This document shows positions 53,735-64,000 of a stretch of DNA of 64,000 bases, piece after piece. Numbering within the stretch: the stretch's first letter is position 1; every line of letters starts with the position of its first letter. The notes beneath the pieces were generated by a model, which did not search any database, was not told the origin of the DNA, and saw nothing but the letters and a program-made list of their open reading frames with translations. Position numbers and translations under genes: made by a program. The DNA is from Trichoplax adhaerens (lineage: Eukaryota > Animalia > Placozoa): positions 55,356 through 119,355 of the forward strand of contig NW_002060983.1 of NCBI RefSeq assembly GCF_000150275.1, written 5' to 3'.

Positions 53735-54897
53735 TATCATTAACAGATAGCCTAGCGGAAGATAGGCGGTTCGAGTTGCTATAGGTTTTTGATCAATACG
53801 AACTGAAATTAACGCTTTCTAACAATGAGGGTACAGAACCGCCTCCCCTATTAGTTAATTAAGATCGAGCAATATAAGCGATAATTTACTGCGATACTAC
53901 TAATTGAATCAGTTAATGTATCTTTAAATTGAATGAATAAGACGAAAATCATTAAAAATCTAATGTAATTAATATCATCTGGCGATGAATCAAAATTTTA
54001 AAGTTAAAAAGTAAAAAGTTGGATGGTAAATTATTTTGCGCAATTGCAAAGAAAATGTGATTTCCGGTAGCAGAAATTCAATTTTATTGCAATTCTAAAG
54101 CATTATGCTTTGTTTTTATAAATAAAAACTGAAAGTCATTTGTTACGAACTAAATTTAGGTAAAGGATGTGTAACTTTTAAGTACAGTACATGATGATGG
54201 AGTAATAGCTATACTTAAGTGACCGTTGTGTTGTTTCTGCTTTACTCGCCTAGACTTGACATATAAATTTTTAATCAATTCTGATAATTCATAAGTTGAA
54301 TTATTACTGTTTTGTGTACTAATTAATTTTACTAAGTTCATATCTAATTAAATTCATTTCAGTAAATAATCATCATGAAACGAAAAATATTTTCTTATCA
54401 CATAGCTCAGATACGCTTAGGATTATGGTGTACGTCGGCAAATTTAACGAATAAAGTAAAGTTAGTAAAACTTTATCCTTTTCAGTAATCTTAAACTTTT
54501 ATTTTTTGAGATTGCATGAAAGTATGATGTGAAGACGATATCGATTAACAAACATCACTGCAATAGCTAACAAACAAATTCATTAATCTAAGTTTCAATC
54601 GAATTAAGATACTGATAATAGAGATAAAATTATAAGAAAATGTTAACAGGCGATTTATAAACTAATAACCCTAAATAATTGCTTTATTAAGTAAATTATC
54701 TCCATTACTACAATACAAGAGGCATTTAGTTAAAATATATTGCAAAGGTACCACCGCTTCGACAAAACAGGAAGTCCTCAGAAATACAGCATTAGTAATG
54801 ATTTTTAACGGTATTAGCAACACTGAATCTACTGCACAAGTATTAATGTAACCATTTATCGCCATGATAGATTGTAATTTAAACGAAATTTTCAAGA

Positions 54898-55977
54898 ATG
54901 AGTTCATCAATGTTAAGCATAGCCGTATCTATAAATTCAAGATTCGATAATAGTTCTGATATTCAATCAAATCACACTTACGAATTGAACATAATTAAGT
55001 GGAAAACAGTGATTTCATCCTCAATTTTACTTCCGATTTTTACATTTGGAATTTTTGGTAATGTTTTATTAATTTCTACTATTCATAAACATAAAAAATT
55101 TCATACACCATCTTATATTTTATCAGTTAACATGGCCATATCTGACATTATACAGCTACTGTTTGGCACCACTTATCTTGTACTTAACGTTATCTTGATA
55201 TACGGATTTTCTTTAAATACTGCGAGTTATAAAGCTATTTGTCAAATTCACTTTTCGGTACTAAGTTCATCATTTACAACTTCGTCGCAGTCACTTTTGG
55301 CAGTTAGTATAGATCGCTACTTAACCATTAATACTGTAAACAATTCTAAATCACCATTTACAAGGCGTAAAGTATTGATTTTAACTATCATTTATACATG
55401 GCTTATAGGATTCACATTAGCAATTCCTGTAGCTTTTGTAGTTGATATTAATCCTGCGTTTCCGTTCTTGTGCGATTTAAGATCAAATGGCATGGATCGT
55501 AACCAATTGATACCTATAATTCGATTTATAACGGCGATTATTTCTTATCCAGTTCCCTTACTAACAGCGTCATTCTTATATCAGAAAGTAATTAAACGAA
55601 TACGATCGTCTATAGTGGCTCACAATGAATTAAAAAATAAAGTTTGTGTATGGAAGAATCACTCTAGACAAGTTGATGCAACTAAAATGATGATTATAGC
55701 AACCGTAATATTTATGATAATTGCATTACCCATGTTCATCGTTTTGGTACTATTTTCAACAACACAAACCTCTGTAACAGAATTAGTGTTGGAAGGAGGA
55801 CTTGTACCATACATACTTATAACAGGATCATTTTTGCTGGCTATGATTAATTCTGTTCAAAATCCGCTTGTTTTCTTCGTCTATAACAAAACATTTCGCA
55901 AAGCTATAATTAATAATAGACGTCAGTACAATTTGCGTTTTCTACCATCTGCCAGATTTTTATCTCGTGTATCATAG
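54898..55977 (+). CDS. Class A GPCR, intronless, array member (359 aa)
   Basis: GN, NMAISD, SIDRY, FPFLCD, YPVP, IALP, QNPLVF, FRKAI. Confidence 0.94.
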   Translation: MSSSMLSIAVSINSRFDNSSDIQSNHTYELNIIKWKTVISSSILLPIFTFGIFGNVLLISTIHKHKKFHTPSYILSVNMAISDIIQLLFGTTYLVLNVILIYGFSLNTASYKAICQIHFSVLSSSFTTSSQSLLAVSIDRYLTINTVNNSKSPFTRRKVLILTIIYTWLIGFTLAIPVAFVVDINPAFPFLCDLRSNGMDRNQLIPIIRFITAIISYPVPLLTASFLYQKVIKRIRSSIVAHNELKNKVCVWKNHSRQVDATKMMIIATVIFMIIALPMFIVLVLFSTTQTSVTELVLEGGLVPYILITGSFLLAMINSVQNPLVFFVYNKTFRKAIINNRRQYNLRFLPSARFLSRVS

Positions 55978-56499
55978 AATTAAACGTTTATATATGCTCC
56001 TATATCATGGAAAAAATGATGTCAACTCTAATAGATTAAATTTTTAATTACAATTCTTACCAATAGACGAATAGCACATTAATCGTATGTCTAATTAGTA
56101 ATACCAATTTTCTAATTTATTGCCACAGTATATTACAGTCTTATAATATTTTCACTTTTTTATCTATCTTAATTATTTTCAATTTCGACAAAGAATTCTT
56201 TATCGAGTGTGAGAAATAAAGACATGCATTTTTTTGCATAAGAAACAAAAATTACTGAAAAAATCATATCAACTATAACTTGTTAAGGGCTTAACCTTTT
56301 CCTATTAACAACTACAATCATATGATAAAAATTATCGCTCTGAACAAACATCTCTTACTAAGCTATAATATCTAATTCTACATATGTTTGCCAAAAGTTA
56401 CTGAGTGACCAGTATTTTCTGTGGTTAGATTTAAGTAATAAAGAGAGCCAATAAACTGAATGAAATCAATTAATTTTGCAGAATTTGTTTCTGGACTTT

Positions 56500-59400
56500 A
56501 GTATTTAATTCCATATTTAAATCTATAAAACCTTTTTGAATTACCAGGATTCTTCTAGACTAGAACTATATGTTTATGACTACTAATTTAAATACTCTGT
56601 AAATTTAGAAACCCACTTTGGTTAATGATATATTCTTAAATATTATTTCGTAGAATTATGTACGAAATCATCGTTAAACGAGTTCAATCAATGTCTCTAC
56701 ATTATATAGTAAGATTACTTCCTCAATTTGTGGCACAGAATTATATCGCTTAAACTTCTATTTTGAAGGAAAACAGCGATTGAAGCTTTATATTTGCATT
56801 AATTTACTTACCACCGTCGCCATTTACTCAGTGCATTTATATTTATTCCCGTATTTAAAGCGACTACCAGTTAAATATGTAATACAAGACATAATTAGCT
56901 ATTTCTAAAATTGTTTAGGTACCAGCTTTATTTTAAAATTTATTCTTAAATAATAGGTTACTTAAGGTACATTCTTATTGCAAGTCTTAATTCCTATTTA
57001 AATTATAACTACATGGAATTATTAAGAAATAAAATTCTTAAATGTAGCTCGGGAAAAGTTAATCTACCATTTAGTAAAAGATTTGCTGCATTTCCTTTGC
57101 ACTTGAAATACAATATTACCTTACCAACCGCCTTTAAAAATTGCAACCAAAGCATTTTGTTAAGTAAGAAAGAATTTTGATTGGATTATTACTACACTTT
57201 AAGTTAGATTATAAAAATCAAGAAAAAAAGTGATATTTATTATGAAGTAAATAAAATATTGTTATCCGCCATCAACAGAGAACCATATTTAATTGTTTAT
57301 TACACTAAATCTGTTCGATAACGCAGATTAATACAAGAAACTCATTAATTTGCAACCTAAAGTAAGCTCAGTAAATTATAATTATTAAACTATTTCCCAA
57401 CTGCTGGAAATTTGGAAATTTATACTGTAGAGCTTATGAATTCAATTAGTAAAATGGCTTTTTAGGATACATATGAATAATTAGTATCAAAATATATGCG
57501 TTTCTCAGGAGCGCATATCACATGTCCTAAGCAGTGGTAATTGATCTGATATAAAGCTTTGAAAACATCTTATAACAAACTTTTAGTTTCTTTTTTGTAC
57601 TAAACATTAACAGATAACGAAAGTTTAGGTATTATTATTCCCAGTCTATAAGATAATAAAATAATTTATGTGATATTTATTAAAATTCATTAGTTTTTAT
57701 AATAAGTGAAACGTTTTGTTTTACAATTAACGCAACTACATAAAGCAATAACCTTGCAATTAAAATTTGATTGGAAGATATAAGCCAGATATTATGCCTA
57801 ACATTTTCCTTAGTCGTAGTCAACTTACTTAAACATTTTTTCATCAGAAGTTCAAACTCAAGTTATAATCCTTCAATAGATATAGTCTAAGCCCATAAGT
57901 TTTCAAAAATCACTTCAATTCTGCTTTGTTTTGATAAATGATTTTTTGCAGAAGTCAGCATGATAATGATAAGTTATTGAAAGCTAAATTACCTTAAATG
58001 ACATTATCTACTTTTACAAACCTTTGTTTGGCAAACCTTATTTTCAATATTCTTGCATTTTATTACATGACACTAAAACTGTTGCCCTAGTACAAAAGTA
58101 ATCTTAAATAAAGCTGATGCACATAATTACATAAGCTGAAGGAGCGTTTATCTCAAAAGTCCTTTCGAATTAAGCTATAGATGCTATCATATATGTGTAT
58201 TAACCTGCGTGAATAAGTATATCGGCAATTTGCGGAATCCTTTATTTTGAAAATTGGCTGAAATGCTATAGGCATTTTACAAAATGACATAATCCTAGGA
58301 TATTTGAACAGATACGTTACATTGTCAACTAATGACAGGTTTATTAGATTTATAACAGTTATATTACGCCTTATAATGTATAAGACTCCCCAAAATAGGA
58401 CTACGAGCAATAAAAATCAACATCCAGATAAAGTAATTGGGTTTACTTTATAATTTATTGCTTGATAATACATATCGCAAGCAGTAAACGAAATTTCTTA
58501 TTATCCTAGATATTTACTCTAAAATAAATTATTATAAAATAATTTTCAGGAATTTAAATATATTGTTCATAAAGCAAAATTTATGATATAATAATTCAAA
58601 TGCAACCTTCATAGAGTGGACTAGCAATGTATAAATGCTGAAATTTTAGAAAGATTAAATTGATAATTGCTGCCACGCCAGCAAGGATACAAGTCAGTAA
58701 ATCCATTTATAAAAGTTGTTAAGTATTCATACAAATCTTCCATTGACCTTTCGTATTTCAAAGACAAATTCATCAAGATGCGCTATGCTAGTAACGTAAC
58801 TTACCTTATCTGGTAGTAGAAATTTAGTGATGATTGGTAGATTAAGTTTTTATTTTAATTTAGCCTCAGCACTTTATAGATAATCATAACTTTGTTCCTG
58901 AAACAATCATTTTACGTATGGCTGATGATAATAACAATAAAATATATAATATTTGCTCGAAAAGAAACCATTTATATACAACTTTAAGGTTAAGATCTCT
59001 AATTAATTATAAATAAAATTAGTTAAATTAGTACCTTTCGCGATTCTAGTTTGTTACATGTAATTCTCACGGGCTGAACAATTAGTGAGTTGAATGAAGA
59101 CAGTAAGATTAGGTCTCTAAACTTTATGGCGAAGAAGAGCCTCAGAATATCATTAACCATTAGCAAATGTTCATCTTAATCTTAGAATATATCAAAAGCA
59201 AATTGTCGAAAATATAGAATTACTGTGGCAGAATTGGAAGTAAAATAAATAGGCTTTCTTTACTTGGAAATATTGAACGCTTGTTAGACTTAAATTTGCC
59301 TCTTGCAAGCTATCCTTATTTAAAACATATGTCTAGTGATTGCTAGGCTTCGTCTAAGTAAAAAACTCCTGTATTTATTACGATCTAAAGAAGCAATAAA

Positions 59401-60300
59401 TTTCGGTAAATCTCAAATCAGAATTACTATCTTATTTGATTAATTTGGCTATCAGCAATGTACGTGATATTGCAATCATGATTAATAGTAGAGATCAAGT
59501 AGGTTTGAGTGGTCATTTGCACATGTTAGAGCTCCAAATATTCCTATAAGATTTCTTTATCTCAGTTTCTAATAGATATTTCGTAGGGATGGGTTAGAAG
59601 GTATAAATTGAATCACAATCTAGTCGCTAGCCATATTCTATTCAACTTGAGATTGAATATGGCTTTGGATAGCTTTCAAGTGCGGAGATAAAAATGTTAA
59701 TAAGAAATTGATTAGTTCGAGGTCAGAATGGGATGATATGTAATATAGCCTTTACATCAAATTCACTACTGGATACATATCTTCTTTTGTCAGACACGAC
59801 AAGAATGCATTCAACAACTCAAACTTCTTAATTCCGCTAATGGCTTAGATCAATTCAGTACTCAAATTTTCGAATCTTCGATCCGACTAATATCATACTT
59901 GCAAACATTTTAATACCATGCTCACGTAATCTTCAACTATTCCATTAATGGAAGGAATCCCAGTCGGTTTAATTATATATTTAATCCACTGACAACGCCA
60001 AAAATTGGCCACCTTACCATTTAAAAAAAAATCGTCTATAAGCCATTTGTCTCTACCTTAGCTCGCCACCTTGCCTCCTATATTGGATCACGTTCAATTT
60101 TATCCTCATTGATAGATTTCACTAATACTTTTATCCATTAAATATTAATTAATGATACATACTAAAACGAAAAAACATAATTGGGCAAGTGAATCATTGG
60201 ATTTTTGCTGATGCTTCTGGCTCCATTCCTCATAATTATGTATGATATGCCGTAACAACGTACATTTGTTTGGATGTCTTTACTGGTTGATTTTGAAACA
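56500..60300 (-). mobile_element. Fossil Gypsy pol with apparent INT-RT-RH-INT order
   Basis: VETNG, IKYIIKPTGIPSINGIVE (59985-59932), QPVR, EDLYEYLTTFING, KFCFMNNIF (58582-58556), NVTYLFKYPRIMSFCK (ORF 58153-58410), YRLG...LS (~57650), then W*GN...RKCSKS (~57130) and CFPSK..LSD (~56770). Confidence 0.55.
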
Positions 60301-61282
60301 TCTAGTGAGGTATTGTTATTACTATATAGTGATAGATTCACTATCTAACTTAAATATCAATACATTAGGGAGTTGAATGAAGACATCCACTAAGTTCTCT
60401 GTCACTTTATCTTCTTTTCAATACTGTATTAGAGACTTTAGAAAATTGTTTTGTCTACCATAATTTCTCATTATAACCTAGAAAAATGTAAATTAATGAC
60501 GACGTTCAATATAGGAATATATCGTCAATCGAAGCAATAGTAACGTTCGGGTCTGAGTAAAGTAGTGTTCTTGATCCGTTTTTAATCGGCGCAGCTCCCT
60601 TAAAAGGCCAAAGTACACGGTAAAGTTTATTTATTTTTGATACAAAGAGGTCACGAGTAATCAGTTGCTTATTAGTATATAATAATATGTGCTTATATAT
60701 TAGTTGTGAGCGAAATTTGCTACTTATTATTATTTACACAATATGATACAGTAAGAATACTTGAATATGTTAAAATGAGCAATTAATATTTATCGGTATC
60801 CTAAATTGTACACTCGGCTAGGCTGACAGTATCTAAATTAAGTCGGATTAAATACACTATCTCAGCATTAGTTAAATTACGTAAGCTTAGAATCTAATTT
60901 GCTAATATAAGCCTTTTGCTAATAATAGTTATATCGATACAGCATTTAGCAATTATACTAAGATTTTAACATGCACAGATTGAGTTGCGTCTCTCATGTT
61001 CCTAATCAGAGTAGCTCAAAGTGTTAGCTAAGTAAAGCAGAGCAATTCTCATATAAGTCTCTTTTACAATATTACTAGACGATCGTAGTACGAACATTAT
61101 CAGTAGATATTAAATATGTAGCATCATCTCTGACTTACATTATGCTGGTCTATCCTCATGATAGATGTATCTTATCTCTAATAAGTTACAGGTTTTATAT
61201 AAGTTTTGTTGTATCGCACTACACTTGGTTTAATAGATAACTAATCTAATGTAAAGGGCTGCTATTAATTTCAGTATATTGT

Positions 61283-61879
61283 TGTTACAGTGTTATATAC
61301 TGTATTACAGTAGAAATATCTATGTTAGGATAATTCTATTAGACTATCCTTATTTAGTTAACTTCTAATTTGGATATACTGTGACTTATACACATACTGA
61401 AATTAATAGTTATAATAGGGAATGCAAATCATCTGCTTACAGTTCGAATCATTGTGATTGTAATTTACTTATGGTTGACTGTAAATTATCATGGAAATGT
61501 TCCGTGATAGGACATATCGTAATCTGACTATTCTGTATTAGTCATTACATGTCTATGTTCGTAAATACTGTTGTCTGCATTAAGGGAGCAGTAGCTAAAA
61601 TTAATATCTAATTCAGTAAATGATTCTAATGTTAATTTTATTAACTATGACTCATGAACTATTGAGGAGTAGTATATAAATGCAGTATATCGTGAAATAA
61701 AGAAGAATTGTCCAACTTAGTGTTTAACGTAAAATACGAGGCGTTTAAGTCTTTGTGTAGTCTGCTAGAAGAGCAAAAGTGTTCGTGATAGTGCAGATAT
61801 CGTTCCTTGATACGTGGTTCAAGGAATTGACTTATTGATCGTATATTGCGTTATCTTGTTGCAAAGCTGTTTTGTGACA
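61283..61879 (+). mobile_element. Solo-LTR-like family A (597 bp, small internal deletion)
   Basis: TGTTACA...TGTGACA termini; perfect TSD ATTGT; TATATAAA at ~61673 and AATAAA at ~61696. Confidence 0.92.
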
Positions 61880-62198
61880 ATTGTCTAGCTTAATCTTATC
61901 AATAATGCAGAGTCTTCAACTACCAAGCACGAAATCTGAGTCACTTTACTGAAGACGCAGCAACATTACTTTAAAAAAGTTGCTTTAATGTAATAAGGAA
62001 ATTAGTAGCTGATATGTTGAAATTGCATATTTACGGGTACATGCTAAGAATATTTCATCAATGGCCGTAGCTAAGAGCTATACAGAGTACTGCTATCAGG
62101 TAATATACTAACGTGATTTCTAACATCGTGGCAGAATATTATAGAAAGTTACAGATAACAGCATTTTGTATGAGTTATGTAAAATTGTATTGGCCGGG

Positions 62199-62852
62199 TG
62201 TTACAAAATAGCTCTGCGACAAGATAACGTAGTGTACGATCAATAAGTCGATTCCCTGAACCATACATCAGGATGCAATATCTGCGCGATCGGGAACGCT
62301 TTTCCTATACCAGTAGACTACACAAAGACTTACTGTAGACGCCTCGTATTTTACGTTAAAGACTTATCTTAAAAACTCACAAGATTATACGATATACCGA
62401 ATCTATGAACTCTTTTACAATAATTAAGCATCCTTATTAGTAATATTGAAGTAGAAACTATATAATGAATCAAAACTAATTTTTGTACTAAAACTTAATG
62501 AAGATAATAGTATTTACGAACATAAGACATCTAATGACTAATGGAAAATAGTCAGATTGCAATATGTTCTATCATGTAGCATTTCGATTGTAATCTACAA
62601 TCTACCATAAGTAAATTACAATCATAGTGATTTGAATTGTAAGAACATTATTCTCGATTCCCTACATTTAACTACTAATTTCAGTATGTTGTATTTATCT
62701 AATATCACTGCCATAAAAGCTAGTACTATACTTAAACATCATACTGTATATCTAAAATTAGAAACTCAGTAAATAAGAGTAAACCAACAAAATTATCCTA
62801 ATGTAGTTACGTCTACTTTAATTTCGACATTAAAGTGGGTAAAACTGTAACA
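62199..62852 (-). mobile_element. Diverged family-A-like element (654 bp)
   Basis: TGTTACA...TGTAACA termini; TSD CCGGG/CAGGG; colinear with A but clearly more divergent. Confidence 0.82.
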
Positions 62853-63002
62853 CAGGGCCAATTTCCATTATTCACTTTGTAATTTTAGCTATTTCCAGCT
62901 GTTTTATGTGAAACCTCGAAAAGTAAATTTTTCTAATATAGACGAACTAGCACCGTTATAAAATCGAACTTTCATGGATAAGTAGAGAGCTGACTAAGAC
63001 GT

Positions 63003-64000
63003 TGTAGTAAAAGGACTAAAAGTAGAGTCCTTTGTAGTTTTTAGTATGTAATTAGTATTATTAGATAGAGAATATCGATTATTTTACTATACAAAATACC
63101 TACAAAGTGATAGTGTCTTTAAGTTTTACCCTGCCAAATCATCATGTCGCCATCTTTTCTTCTTCATTATTTTACAAGGTATTATATAGATTACTATAGA
63201 AGTAGCCCTATAGAGCAAATGCCTAATCTAAACAAAGGGCGTTTCATCGTCTATTCAAATTGTAAAGAAATTTGACTTAGTAGCAAAACCCTATCCTTAG
63301 AGAAAGGGGATTTATAACATGACGATAAAGTACTGTAAGGTAGTCTATACTCGTACAGTTACAGTACAATCTGACGCTAAAACATCAACTGTCAATACTC
63401 GCGAATACTAAGCGGTACTAATGTCAGAAAAGTAGTCGTAGTAGTCATATAAATTTTTTTGATAAGCGATTACTGTGATCTTCATAAAAAGCGAATTTTT
63501 CCGGATTTGTGTCCGATATAGTTTTCGGATTCTGGGACCGGTCGGGTTTGTGTCCGATATAATTTTCCTGTTTTGGAACCGGTCGGGTTTATTTTTTAAG
63601 AGTTGATTTTTGAGATTTGGACTTTTTGTTATGAATTTGAAACTTTGGAATTTTATGACGTGACTTGAAGTCACATTAGGAGATTTAGTGAGAAAAATAG
63701 AAAATAAGATGGAAATTGGCAGAGGTTGTGTTGATTGTTAGGTAGTTAGAATGTTGTTTTTATGACTAAATCTTGATGTTTAAAGGTTGATTTTTAGCTT
63801 TTTATAGTGTATTAATGATAGAAATTATGTTAGAAATGAAGTTTGATGTATTTTTATAGTTAGCTTATTACTTTTATAGTGTTTTGTAAGGGAATCGTAG
63901 GGTAAATTGTGTCTGAACTTTGAATGATTTTTGTTTTCTTAAATGGTGCAAAGTAGTTTTCTAATACGGATCTTAAGAGCGATTTGTTAGCAAATGTTTA
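63003..64000 (+). mobile_element. Family E copy, truncated by window end
   Basis: TGTAG start; colinear with 6078-7630 minus the A insertion. Confidence 0.8.
63497..63590 (+). repeat. ~40-bp GC-richer tandem unit (about 2.3 copies) inside family E
   Basis: GG(A/G)TTTGTGTCCGATATA and GG(G/A)ACCGGTCGGGTTT each occur twice. Confidence 0.75.

Noticed and set aside
60326-60344. Hairpin ATAGTGA-tagat-TCACTAT
   Set aside because: Isolated, with no terminus or TSD; expected by chance in AT-rich DNA
59930-60600. NB-ARC-like motifs on the - strand (GSRTLL, LGFLPL)
   Set aside because: No P-loop; another frame gives a better, colinear integrase reading

Overview
AT-rich animal genomic DNA with five assembly gaps. 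The intronless GPCR family and base composition suggest a placozoan such as Trichoplax, but this is inference. The window has three layers. (1) A head-to-tail array of related rhodopsin-class GPCR genes on the + strand (5 intact, 3 pseudogenes), plus one unrelated two-exon opsin/melatonin-receptor-like GPCR on the - strand. (2) About 20 young, non-coding 340-1300 bp TG...CA elements of at least 7 families (my labels A-H). They look like solo LTRs, most have 5-bp target-site duplications (TSDs), several are nested up to three deep, and several families share short terminal hairpins. There is also one 235-bp TIR element with Polinton/Maverick-type ends and a 6-bp TSD. (3) Manual translation through stop codons suggests much of the remaining intergenic DNA is very decayed Ty3/Gypsy pol sequence (about 10 separate fossils), including integrase-before-RT (Gmr1-like) order and one apparent INT-RT-RH-INT arrangement. 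Fossil calls rest on motif order and spacing read by eye and need tBLASTn/HMM confirmation; their coordinates are approximate. No rRNA, tRNA or CRISPR was found.
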